Below are positions 1 through 38,785 of a stretch of DNA of 64,000 bases, piece after piece (position 1 is the stretch's first letter; the number at the start of each line of letters is the position of its first letter). This DNA is from Heptranchias perlo (taxonomy: Eukaryota). The stretch spans positions 93,372,001-93,436,000 of the forward strand of contig NC_090326.1 of the NCBI RefSeq assembly GCF_035084215.1, in the 5' to 3' direction. The notes under the pieces were generated by a model that did no database searches, was not told the DNA's origin, and worked only from the letters and a program-made list of their open reading frames with translations. A program made the translations under genes and the position numbers.

Positions 1-1114
1 ATTTCGAATAACTCTACATAACTAACCCATTTATAACGCTGTACATAGCTGTCATCTCCACTGTGTGATACTCTGACTCATTTATAACACCGTATGTAAC
101 TCTGACTCCAGGAGTGCAGCAGTCTCCTCCCCGTGGCTATTAACTATTGCTGGATTTCAGATTGGTGTATCTAGCATTTTATTTTTGTTTTTAATTGCTG
201 CTAAAATTAAAAACCACTGAGCTCCAGTGACTTGCTGAAATTTGGGTTCTACAGAATGGAGTTGTACAAGGCCAGGGAAGGCACTGCTACCCTCTCCACT
301 GTACACTCCACAGACCATGCACACGGTACACTTCGTACAGCCAATCCCCACAACTGTACGGCAAGTTCGGCGACTCCCCACTTTCTTCCCCTCTCCTCAC
401 AAAGCAGCAGCACGTTGAGCGAAGAAGCACCTCACCAGGAAATAAACAATTGGCGCTAGGGCAGGGGGAGCAAGACCGCGTCAGATATGCCTAGACTGGA
501 ATTGCGTTGCAAGCAAGAGCAATAGTGGACTGATGGAGCTGAATGGCTGAAAAATAAAAAATTCAATTTAGTATTTTAAAATAAAATGTAAACAGAGAGA
601 AAGAGTGGCCTAGAACTTAAAAAAAATTACAAAATTTCAAAGGATTGATTATTCTAAAATAAAATATTTTATTTGCAGCAGGCATGATAAAGGGGGAAGG
701 GCAGACTGAAACCAGGTGAATATGGCATATTTGAGATTTTTAGTTAAAAGTGTTAGTTAAAAATGAAAAAATCTTGCATTTAAGCGTTTAAAACTAACAT
801 TAAATGTCACCTGCGAGCATACAATCGGTGTGACAAGTTTACATAGATAAAACACATTATAAATGTGGACAGAGGAATAAATGGGGGAAATGTTGACACA
901 AAGTGTGACAAAAATGTGACAACAGGAAGTCACTTAGGGTAGTCAAGATATGCATGAAGACATAAGATTTTAACTATGATATGAACGTAGACATATGATG
1001 TTGGTCATGGTAATTCAGAGGGTATGCTCTGTGATTTGCAATATGTTGTTAGGTGATTGAATAAGTCAAATTGTATTTTTATTTTTGGAATTTTGGAAAT
1101 GTTGGCTGTAAATT

Positions 1115-1533
1115 TTTTAAATTAATTTTGGGGACGAGGTATCACTAACAAAGCTGGCATTTATTACCTATCCCTAGTTGCCCTGAGAAAGTGGTGGTGG
1201 ACTGGCTTCTTGAACTGCTGCAGTTCGTGTGGTGAAGGTGCTCGCAGTTTGATACTGCTGATTGGCTTACTAGGCCAGTTCAGTTGGCAGTTAAGAGTCA
1301 ACCACGTTGGTGTGGGACTGGATTCACATATAGGTCAGACCAAGTAAGGACATTAGTGAACCTGTGGGTTTCTATGGCAATCGGACAGGTTCATGGTCAC
1401 TTTTACTGATACTGGATCTCATTTTAATTCCCGGATTTAAAAAAAAACTGATTTCAAATTCTCAAAGTACCGTGGTGGAATTCGAACTCATGTTCTCTGG
1501 ATTATTAGTCCAGGCCTCTGGATTACCGTACCC
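1115..1533 (-). mobile_element. SINE-like element with tRNA-like head and the 3' tail of LINE family A
   Basis: The reverse complement matches the head at 62713-63040 and the tail at 8350-8480. Confidence 0.7.
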
Positions 1534-1619
1534 TTTGCTTATGTGAACATTTTGAAGGAGACTGTAAATCAGTGGTCTTGATTATTATTATTACAAGTTA
1601 AGTACATAAGAGATATGTA

Positions 1620-4505
1620 CATAAGAGCCTGCTCTGCCATTCAATAAGAACATGGCTGATCTTTGACCTTAACTCCACTTTTCCACTCTATCCCCATATC
1701 CCTTCATTCCCCATGTGTCCAAAAATCTATCTCAGCCATGAACATATTCAACGACTCGGCATCCACATCCCTCTGGGGTACAGAATTCCAAAGATTCACA
1801 ACCCCTTGAGTGAAGAAATTCCTCCTCATCTCAGTCTTAAATGGCTGACCCCTTATCCTGAGACTATACCCCCTAGCTCTAGACTCTCTAGCCAGGGGAA
1901 ACAACCTCTCAGCATCTACCCTATCAAGCCCCATCAGAATCTTGTATGTTTCAGTGAGATCACCCCTCGTTCTTCTAAACTCCAGAGAATATAGGCCCAT
2001 TCTACCCAATCTCTCCTCACAGGACAACCCTCTCATCCCAGGAATCAATCTAGTGAATCTTCGTTGCACCGCCTCGAAGGCAAGTATATCCTTCCTTAGA
2101 TAAGGAGATCAAAACTGTATGCAGTACTCCGGGTGAGGTTTGCCTAAAGTCCTGTACAATTGTAGTAAGACTTCCTTACTCTTGGCCTTTATTGCATGGG
2201 GTTGGAGTACAACATGCCATTTGCCTTCCTAATTGTTTGCTGTACCTGCATGCTAACTTTTTGTGTTTCTTGTACGAGGACACACAAATCCCTCTGAACA
2301 CTAACATTTAATAGTTTCTCACCATTTAAAAAAATTTTGCTTTTCTATTCTTCCTACCAAAGTGAATAACCTCACATTATACTCATCTCAGCCCCAGGAC
2401 ATTGCTGCAGGAGTTCCTCAGGGCAGTGTCCTTGGCCCAACCATCTTCAGCTGCTTCATCAATGGCCTTCCCTCCATCATAAGGTCAGAAATGGGGATGT
2501 TTGCTGATGATTGCAGTGTTAAGTTCCATTTGCAACTCCTCAGATAATGAAGCAGTCTGTGCCCGCATGCAGCAAGACCTGGACAACATCCAGGCTTGGG
2601 CTGATAAGTGGCAAGTAACATTCGTGCCAGGCAATGACCATCTCCAACAAGAGAGAGTCTAACCACCTCCCCTTGACATTCAACGGCATTACCATCGCTG
2701 AATCCCCCAATATCAACATCCTGGGGGTCACCATTAACCAGAAAATTAACTGGACCAGCCATATAAATACTGTGGCTACAAGAGCAGGTCAGAGGTTGGG
2801 TATTCTGTGGCAAGTGATTCACCTCCCGATTCCCAAAGCCTTTCTACCATCTACAAGGCACAAGTCAGGAGTGTGATGGAATACTCTCCACTTGCCTGGA
2901 TGAGTGCAGCTCCAACAACACACAAGCTTGACACTATCCAGGACAAAGCAGCTCACTTGATTGGTACCCCATCCACCACCCTAAACATTCACTCCGTTCA
3001 CCACCGGCGCACTATGGCTGCAGTGTGTACCATCTACAGGATGCACTGCAGCAACTCGCCAAGGCTTCTTCGACAGCACGTCTCAAACCTGCGACCTCTA
3101 CCACCTAGAAGGACAAGGGCAGCAGGCACATGGGAATAACACCACCTGCACGTTCCCCTCCAAGTCACACACCATCTCGACTTGGAAATATATCGCTGTT
3201 CCTGCAACGTCGCTGGGTCAAAATCCTGGAACTTCGTAACTAACAGCACTGTGGAAGAACCTTCACCACATGGACTGCAGTAGTTCAAGAAGGCGGCTCA
3301 CCATCACCTTCTCAATGGCATTTAGGGATGGGCAATAAATGCTGGCCTTGCCAGCGACGCCCACATCCCATTAAATTCACCTCCTGACTCCCCAAATCCT
3401 TTCCACCATCGACAAGGCACAAGTCAGGATTGTGATGGAATACTCTCCACTTGCCTGGATGAGTGCAGCTCCAACAACACTCAAGAAGCTCGACACCATC
3501 CAGGGCAAAGCAGCTCATCTGATTGGTACTCCATCCGCCACCCTAAACATTCACTCCCTTCACCATTAAAAATTTAAAAAAAAAAATCTGCCACCATCTT
3601 GCCCATAATATGTGTGCATCTAATCTATCGATCAATCGATCTATCTTTGCAGACTCTGTGTCCACCTCACAGCGTACAGTTCTACCTAGCTTTGTACCAT
3701 CTGCATAGCTGGATACATTACACTTGGTCCCTTCGAAGTTATAGATTGTTAATAGCTGAGGCCCAAGCACTGATCCTTGCAGCACTTGACTAGTTGCAGC
3801 CTGCCAACCTGAAAATGACCTGTGTATCCCTACTTTCTGTTCTCTGTCCGTTAACCGATCCTCTATCCATGCTAATATATTACCCCCAACCCCATGAACC
3901 CTTATCTTGTGTAACAACCTTTTTTGTAGCACCTTATCGAATGCCTTTTGAAAATCCAAATATACTACATCCACTGGTTCCCCTTTATCTACCCTGCTAG
4001 CTACATCCTCCAAAAAATAATAAATTTGTGAAACATGATTTCCCTTTTGTAAAACCATGTTGACTCTGCCTAATCATATTATGATTTTCCAAGTGCCCTG
4101 TTACCACTTCCTTAATAATGGATTCCAGCAATTTCCTGATGATTGATGTCAGGTTAACTGGCCTGTAGTTCCCTGTTTTCTCTCTACCTCCTTTCTTGAA
4201 TAGCGGGGTTACATTTGTTACCCTCCAATCCACTGGGACCGCTCTAGAATCAAGGGAATTTTGGAAGATCATAACCAATGCATCCACTATCTCTGCAGCC
4301 ACCTCTTTTAGAACCCTAGGGTGTAGGCCATCAGGTCCAGGGGATTTATCTGCTTTTAGTCTCCAGTACTTCGTCTCTAGTAATATTAATTACTTTAAGT
4401 TTCTTACTCTCATTAGCCCCTTGGTTCTCCACTTTTTTTGTCTTCAACTGTGAAGACAGATACAAAATATTTGTTTAACGTCTCTGCCATTTCCTTATTC
4501 CCCAT
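1620..4505 (-). mobile_element. CR1 LINE fragment (RT and 3' end), interrupted by a family A LINE at 2383-3586
   Basis: ORFs QRRFTRLIPGMRGLS.EERL..., VDVVYLDFQKAFDKV and GREKTGNYRPVNLTS. Confidence 0.9.
2383..3586 (+). mobile_element. 5'-truncated LINE family A copy (older, frameshifted), with an internal segment re-duplicated at ~3377-3565
   Basis: GVPQGSVLGP..FADD RT motifs and the same 3' tail as the 7204-8493 copy. Confidence 0.9.
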
Positions 4506-6654
4506 TTAGTTAGTTTAACTGTGTAGCTAATTTATCTCTTACATTTTACTAAAGCCCAAGGATACGAAGATGTTTTTCGGATTCTATGTAGCAGTAGTTG
4601 TGGGTTGGGATTGGAGCTTCTGGAGTCTGGGAACGTGTGGAGGGGGTGCAAGGGTCTGGGAGAACCGGGAGAATGCATGTGGAAGCTATGGGAGAGGCAA
4701 CTGTGGTGTTTGGAAGTACTGGGAAGAGGACACTAGGAATAGGTTGGGCGGAGGGGAAGATGATGAGGATGGTGGTGCTGGAAGGAAAGACGGTTTCCAG
4801 AATGTGGTAACAGAGAAAGTACAAGTTACGGTAATGTTGGGAGGGTAGACTTGGGCAGTGAAAACATGAGGGTTGTAGTGGCAAAGTGTGGAAGCATTGG
4901 GAGGGGCATTGCTGGTTGTGAGAGTACTGGAGGAGGTTGCAAGGTGCCATTAATAAAAACACAATGCTAAAAGCTGCATCTGTGGCAATTGCTGGGAACC
5001 AGCTTAAAGCTCTTCCATTGCATTTAGTGCTTTAAAATCAACATAGGGCTTGTTTGTGAGGGAAGCAGACCTGATTTTTGAATCTCCAAGGTCAGTGGTG
5101 CTGTGCAGAACAGTGCTGCTTAGCTTGGAGAAAGAGCTGTGAGGCATTGAAAGTAGGAAAGCAAAGATGCTACCTAATTGTGAGGACGGCCACAGGTAGA
5201 TGAAATGAATAAGTAAGTTTTAATCGTGACAACAAAAGTGTTACAATTGGCTCACACTCTCACACTGACACTCTGTTGGCTGCAGTGATCCTGAATCATA
5301 AGAGCTTTTGGTGAATTTAAATACTACAATAACTTGAACACAGGTATGTTTTCAGATTTTACTTGAACTGAATTTATTGTGTAAGGATAACATTGACTAA
5401 TGGGAGCTTGCTCAAATATAATTATTCTACTTTGATTTTTTTTGAATGGTACTAATCGTAATACTTCTGTAAATGTGAAAGGGGTAGTAAAGATCAGCTT
5501 ACTTGTTTTTGTTAGTACTTTTGGGCATTTTGGTATAATTACAGCTTCATCTGGAAAAGTGGCATTCCAGTGTGGTGGTTAATTGCTTTGGAGTGCCAAG
5601 TCCTGAGATGAACAAACGTTTCTAAATTATATTTCTCTCTGCCTTAGTGTGTAGGATTCTTCAAAATAACTAATAAATTGACTAAATGACTTAAGATATT
5701 TTTAAAATGTAGAATTGAAATTTCCACTCAGACCAAATGTAAGGCATTGCTAATCTGTAATATTAGTGGAATTCTGAATGTAGGAGGCAAAGCTTTCAGT
5801 GATGCCAAGCAATGCCCTTTTTGTGTTGAGGTGTTTTTTAAATACACACACAAGTGCTGCATAGCTCATATCCCATCCCTTCTCTTCACTTCCTTCATTC
5901 CTTCCCCCCCCACACCCCAAAAAGAAGCTTTGTCAAAAATATTTAGTAAAGATAGCGGTCCAGGGTTTCCTATTGGTACGCATCTCTGGCGGAATGGGAC
6001 TTCTGCCTGCCATGGAGGGGACCACTCCCCCCCACTAATGTTCATTTACATTCTAGGGTAGAGCTGTGGAAGGATTTTGAAAATGGTGAGCATTTTAAAG
6101 CTGATATACTGGAGGTTGGCGACAACAGAAGTGATACTTGTGGGGAAGGATATGGGCTATAGAACTCTGGAGTGTGTGGTGGTGAAATGAAGAAGTCTTG
6201 TCAGTCCACGTGAGCTAGAGGGGAAGTAGGGATGGTTGTATTTGGGAACTGGCTCATTGGTGACGATAAAGTAAAATGCATATCTCAAACTCTTACAAAT
6301 AATGAACTTGTATGCAATTCATTTTAATTTATTAATGGACAGTCTTAAATTTGCTGTATTTTGAAACCCCTGAAAATTAAAGATGTCTGGGGGAAAATAC
6401 TGTAGCTAAGAAAAGGTGTTTGCTTATGAACATTAAAGTAAGCTGTAAACACTGGTTCTCTGAAATTAAATGTGCTATAACTTTTTATTTGTCTGTGTGT
6501 ATATATTGTGTGAGAGAGATTACAGGTCTGCACAAGCACAATGCACATGCGGTGCTATAGCAAAGGCAGCTGTTTCAATACATTTATCTAATGTATACAA
6601 GTATGTTTAGTGCCTGAAAGACTTCTCTGGAAATTGTTTGTTGTTCCATCTAAT

Positions 6655-6787
6655 GCGGTAGATTTTCAACTTGCTGTTCACGCATAAAACTGATTCCAGT
6701 CGCAATAAAAATCAGGCCGTTTCTATAATGGGCGGCTGATCCGCAATGCCAGTTTAATGCTGGTGGGGCAAGTTAAAAATCTACTCC
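6655..6787. mobile_element. Small MITE (Harbinger-like TIRs), 50 nt upstream of PON exon 2
   Basis: gcggtagattttcaacttgc ... gcaagttaaaaatctactcc; 17/20 inverted match. Confidence 0.6.
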
Positions 6788-6837
6788 AGTGTGCTTCAAC
6801 AGATTGTTAAACTTATCATGTTTCCATTGGTTTGCAG

Positions 6838-32675
<25,838 letters not shown>

Positions 32676-33438
32676 CCTCAATACATAATGTATGCATTTC
32701 CAGTGCCCAGTTAACTACACTTTCACAGCCATTAAAATGATACCCCATTATAACTGGAGAAAATTCTGAACAGTTTTAATAGTTTAAAAAAGGTATTCTA
32801 TTGTGTGGAAGCAAATCCTTGTCTAAATACTTTTATTTCAGGTGGGTAATGGTATTGAAAAATGCCACACTGGTGAAAAAATTGATCATTTGATGCAGCT
32901 GTATGAAAAGTGCTGATAGCATTGCCCTAGTCTCAACTAGTTGGGAGTTGGTCAAGAGTTTTAATATTCGTAGCTTACTTGGAAACAAAATAAATATGAA
33001 TAGCACTTTAACATCTAATTATAAATTTCATAAACTTTATAGTGTCACTAATTAAACATGAATTATTGTCTGGGAGTACATATTTCATATTTTACTACAA
33101 ACTTAATAGGATAGCAAACCTCTATTTATGTTCGATAGCTTATCAATGCAGTGTCTCAGCACTTTAAATATAGTAATGCTCTGTTGTATTGTTTTTGGAT
33201 CATGTAATGGCTTCCTCTTGGTCTAAGTAATTCACTAATCAATCATTAGAATATTATGATGGAAAATTAAATCTTTAGGGAGAAAGGGAAAGAATTGTAT
33301 TCATGATAAATGTACCTAATTTTCCAGTTTAGGTCTGGAGTTAAAGTAAAACCGTTGAGATTTTTGATCAATGAAAGTAAATTCACCTGTATGTAAAATT
33401 TAATAAGGATTTATTAATTAGAAAGTTGTGTAATTTCG

Positions 33439-33449
33439 AATAAAATAAA
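33439..33449 (+). terminator. Candidate PON polyadenylation signal (overlapping AATAAA x2)
   Basis: AATAAAATAAA about 760 nt after the ancestral stop; another AATAAA at 32989. Confidence 0.45.
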
Positions 33450-34334
33450 ATTTTACATGCACTGTATTAAGCTTCTTACTCTTTCGAATGGCCATATTCA
33501 CTGCAGTAGTATTTACCTGTCCAGATGATAAAGCTGTGACAAGTGGTATTTGATAGTTGTCTGGAGTATCTCAAAGCTATGCTTTCAGTGCAGTATTTAT
33601 ACATTTCATGGTTTTCACTAACAAATCCTGGTTTGTACTTCCGAGGGTTTTTTTTAAAAAGGAAGTTATTAAAATATAAACTCTTTCACTGACAGGATGT
33701 GACTAGTGGTGTTGGGGTCTCAACTATTCACTACTTATTAACGACTTAGATGACAGGATGGAGAGAGCCACATATCCAAGTTTGCCGATGACACAAAGGC
33801 AGCAGCGTAGATAAAATTAGAGATATTAGATTAAGTGAACAGGGAACCAACTTTGTTGTCATGAAATTCTTGACCTTATAAAATTATTGCAAGATCAGGA
33901 ACTCCTGTCCACTTTCCTTAGCCTCAGATGTTGATAGTTTATTTTATAATTTAATAGAGACAGACAGGTCTTCGCTTTCCTGTAAATTGACATTGAATAA
34001 AAGTAGGGGCTAGAATTAGAGTGGGACCAGTGTAATTGAGGCACAGTGGCTCATGGAATAATCTAAGTGCAGCACAGGAAATATAAATCTGCTGATTTTT
34101 ACCTGCAACTGCAGACCCCAACTGTGAAAAGCTAGCTATCTGTATAATGTGTACATTGAAACTAGCAGTACACTCTGGAATAAGTATTCTTGCAGAAAGA
34201 TAATGTGTTAAAGTAACCATGGCTATTAAAAATACAGGTTACTTAGAATACTATGAATAACTTATTAGGTGGAAAACATCTTTCAAGGATAATGAAACAT
34301 AAAATGTGAAAGAAACACATAGTTAAACGACTTT

Positions 34335-37300
34335 TCAATTCTTGTTACTTTTAATGCATTTGTTGTCTGACAACAATGCTACTCAATGGCAAGTGGCAAG
34401 TTGCTTATTTACATTAACAAAAATTAGTTCATCACAGGCATTTTAAAACCAAGGGAAAAAAGGACAAACTAGCCATTATAAAGCTCCCATCAGTCATGAA
34501 CATTGAAATAAAACATTGAGGAATGCAATTTTGTAAACACAACATAGGAATACAGTACATCACTAAGCACAGAGGACTAGGTTCAGGCATGGCACTAAGG
34601 TTTTCATTATCATGCAGTCAGAGGAACATTGTGAATAGGTGTTCAAATCAGACACCAAGCCATGCTATTTGTACACATTTTACTCAAAAGTATGTAACTT
34701 CTTCCATCTTATGGTGCTTATGTAATACAAATAGAAGGTACACCCGAGCAATTTAAAACAATTTCAACACCCTCAGTGCATTTCTTTGTTAGCTGCCCAG
34801 TCATTCTTGAGCTACATGTAACTGTATTACTTCAAAATGAATTAACTGTTACACAATTCAGAAAAAGGCAAAAACACCAATACAACATCCTTTAATACAG
34901 TTTGTTAAATACCAAAAATATCCCTCATTCTGTGCAGGCGCTGCATCATACCTTCCTATTATGGATCATTATCTCCACCTTATAATATGCTTGCTCAATT
35001 TATTTCACTGCTTTTGGTATTTATTTTAAAATTAATTGTATGCAAAGTCAATTTTCTCTCAGCTTCATAGCATTTAACAGGACAATAGTTCTCTACAATC
35101 AAAAAATATTCCAAAAAAACAATTTATACCAGGCTGGCTGATTCAGTTAATTACAGCACTATTATAATAGTTAATCCAACAGCCTCAAGAATTTGATACC
35201 TACCGATTAGTGATTTTCACTTTAGTAGTAAATCTGGAATATTTATCCAGCAGGACTTTCGTATAATAGAGTAAGCTATACAGCACGATGTTTTACCAGA
35301 CAAGTTATCTAACAGATAACATGAAATTCCAGGAATTGGTACACTGACAGTCATGTACACTGAAAAAAACTTAAATGAAGCTTAACATTATTACAAATGG
35401 GAAAGTGAAAGGAAGAGTTTCATCATTACTGCAACTAGGAAAGGCAAATTAATACAACAGAACAATGCTATTCTGAACATCACCGTTATGCTCAGATCAG
35501 TAATCCAAACGGACAGGGGGTGATAGCCCTAAAGACAGTACTTGGCCTAAATAGTTGAAAGGAGTATGCACAATTCATTGTAGAGCAGTATGTGAACTGC
35601 CATTCCTGACATTATTTTTCCTTCTCTGCACAAGTTTTGATATTTATCAGTGGGGTTGGAAGAGAGAGAGTACCTGTCCTGCTGGCTACTACAAGGAAGC
35701 CAGGAAAGGGTAACTGAAGTGACATCTTAACAATAAGCAATAGAAGAAATATAGCAGGGCAAACCAAATGCAGCACAGTGGCCAGAAGATACAGGTGAAG
35801 TACAGTACATCACTTGTCTGAACAAATCAGTAGCCCCAACTGAGTTTGGTGCCAACTGATTTAGATTAGCTGCATTGCACTTTAGAACTGTTAAGACTAT
35901 CGGAAGAGATTTTGGAGAGGGCAATCATAACTGGTACAGTTTCTTTTTGTACATACCCTCTCTGTTAATAATCAAGCTTTATTGTTGAACCTCTGGATTA
36001 ACGGATGAATCAGTCTGGTACACTTCGAATCAAAAACATTAACAACCAGCAGTGGTGCGGATCTGAAATAGAATTATAGTAAACCTACAAATAGAATTAT
36101 GGTAAACCTCTTTGATAACAGGAGAAATGGCCTACAACCAACCCACTAAATTAGTTTAATTAAATGCCCATACTTGTCTGCTGCTTAATTTTAATGCAAG
36201 AGTGCATTAGAACCAAGAATTTTAAGCCACGAAAATACTTTCAAAGTAGTGAAATGGAACTTAAAACTCAGTTATGGTGAAAGTGCTTAATGCCACATGT
36301 TGAGGAGTATATTTCACTGTCAAAACTTCATATGAAAATATGTTCAACTTTTTGGTGCTGTGCAGTCTTTAATTGCTTTAAATAAAATGTGAACTACTGG
36401 CTCTAATTGATGACTGAAGCAACTATAAACAAAATACAGACTATTATATACAGTGATGGAGAAGACAGGAAACTGGTACGTTTTCAGCCGTTCATTGGAA
36501 AGTTATTCATTAATGATGCTCATTGTTTCTGCTTACATTGTACAATACATGGGTGCAAATCTATTTACATGCCAACAGAGGGTATGGATTTAATTCAAAA
36601 AACATACAAAGGGCCATACAAATTTAATTTAGATACACAGATCATATTCTAAACTACATTTATTAAGCACAAGGGCATTAAAAAAAATTCTTTCATAGTA
36701 ATATTGTTGCTAATAAGATTATCTCAACAAAGCCATCAGGCTAACCCTCAAACCATGTGAGATAATATGTGGACATAGTAAAAGAAAAATTGTTCACATA
36801 TAAAATACTGGTGTTATGAAACATACTTTCCTTAATATCTTAAGAAGTTGGGGCATTGATTCGGTAATGTCCAAATGAGGAGTCAGATTATTGCACACAT
36901 ATTTTACATCTAATGAAACTAAATACTGGATAAGCTGAGAGTTGATTTTAGAAACAGTCAAATGGGATAGGTTTCAAATCATTAGAGACACAAATGCATT
37001 TTAAGAGATCATGCCATTTACCATAAAAAAAGCCATCAATATAGACAATAGCCAACATGCGTGCACCTTCCTTAATTTATGATCAGACCCAAATGCTCTA
37101 ATGAATTATCTTCCTACTGATCTTTCTGAATTGGCACATAACTAAATTTATACCACTTACATGTGGGATAAAAAAGTGATATTCTGTAGAAATTCTATAA
37201 CCAGTGAATAACAGATTGATCAGATTTTTTTAAACATGGCCCTGTTTGTTTAATCACCCTTTTCCCTCCCCATTTCACAGATCAAACCACCAAGCCCTTA

Positions 37301-38575
37301 GATCCTCAGCAATATAAAATCCCACATAAAAACGTTTTTATAGTTTGTCACTTAGCCAGTTAAAACTTTAGTTCCATAACACATTATAAATTAAGTTATA
37401 CTTTGGCCCAACATAACTAATTTGTTATAAATCTAATCCCCGCTTTGGAAAATCTTCAATATGGCAGCCAAACACAAGAGTTATCCACATGTGACTTTAA
37501 AGGGAATATTGAAACTCTCAGCTAACTTCCATGAAACTTGAGTAATAAATACAATACAGAATAATGGAGTGTGCAATAATAATCCACCACTTGTGAAAAT
37601 TACCTTTATATCTTTAAGTAAGCTTTCTTAGTGGTGGAGTTAAATGGGTATTCACCCTTACCCACAGCTATATCCTCCATCACACAGTGGTACTGCAAGA
37701 AGTATTACTTGGGTATAGCTTCCTGCTCAGGAGTTTAAATCCATTGAATATCAGTGCAATATACAGATCTCAGAAATTGCTTATTCTAGGTCCTCTCCTT
37801 TACAGTTCATACCTTTAATTTACAGAAGATAAAATATTTTGATGAGAAAATGATTTGCACATACAATCATTTTATGTAATGCAGAGACTATGTGAAACTG
37901 TAAACTCTTAGTTCTCAACGATATGAAGGTTCTGGGAAAACACAGCAGTTCATGAAAGGACCAAGTTCCTTCTCTTTTTTAAACTTAAAAAATTGGCACC
38001 TAAATGCCAACAATAAAATTATTTTCATTTAAACTGGAGAAATATTCTTGTACAAATATTTAAAAAGGGACAAAGTTTATCCACATCCCATTTTTTAAAG
38101 ACTGCATGAAAATAGATATTACATTTGTATGGCCGTAACTTCCAATTCTAACACTTCCAAACCAGAAAGCTGACAGTATTTGTATGGTCCTTTCACTCTC
38201 CTCTGCTTTTTAGTTCATAACTTGTCCGACAAGTTGTTTTTGACAGTCACACACTTGCAGGTCCCTCTACTAGGCTTCATTCAGCTTAGTGCTAATTCAA
38301 GGGAAATCACAAAAGTAATACAAAAGTCTTCTATAGGTGCCAGTGTGTGTAATGGTAAAATAACAGTAGTACAAAAATGCCACTGATTTTAGGTCCTTTT
38401 ATGATGGCTACCAAAACATCCCTAATTCTGAGGTGTTTGGAAAATTTGAGATCTGAAGTGCATTCTTCTTAAAATCTGTACATTTTAACAAAGCTCTGTT
38501 GCACAGGATTCTGCAGTCTGGGTTCATGTTAAAACCCTTTCAGTCTTCCTTAATAACCCAGAACTTCTATCATTC
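34335..38575 (-). other. PPP1R9A: Probable long PPP1R9A 3' UTR (~4.2 kb) with ATTAAA polyA signal at 34350-34355
   Basis: AT-rich stretch with no recognisable TE. Minus-strand ATTAAA is followed by a U/GU-rich element (gtttaactatgtgtttctttcacattttatgttt), with a UGUAAAUA Pumilio element at 34406-34413. Confidence 0.55.
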
Positions 38576-38785
38576 TTACTCAGTGTCAGGCTCTGCTGCT
38601 AGAAATAACGACTTGCTTGTTTTCTTATTCTTTTTCAGAAGTTGTTCCTGTTCCTTTTTTCTCCGTTTTTCCCTTTGTTTCTCTAACTTCTGTTGAGCTT
38701 TACGTGCTTTTTCAACTGATGACTTCAGTTCCTTTAACTTCTTTTTGATGATTGCCCGATCTTGAGAAATAGTAATACCCAATGC
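38576..38785 (-). CDS. PPP1R9A: PPP1R9A terminal coding exon (ALGITISQDRAIIKKKLKELK...AAEPDTE*)
   Basis: ttactgcag|GCATTG; stop TAA at 38576-38578. Confidence 0.95.
   Translation of the reverse strand, partial: ALGITISQDRAIIKKKLKELKSSVEKARKAQQKLEKQREKRRKKEQEQLLKKNKKTSKSLFLAAEPDTE

Noticed and set aside
5090-5155. LGERAVRH-like stretch resembling PON exon 1 (LGERLLAL)
   Set aside because: Preceded by an in-frame TAG, with no ATG and no phase-2 GT donor. Exon 1 is probably upstream of the window or unrecognisable.
36066-36109. Short tandem duplications (also 24431-24461 and 54720-54761)
   Set aside because: Ordinary two-copy slippage duplications; no array structure and nothing CRISPR-like.
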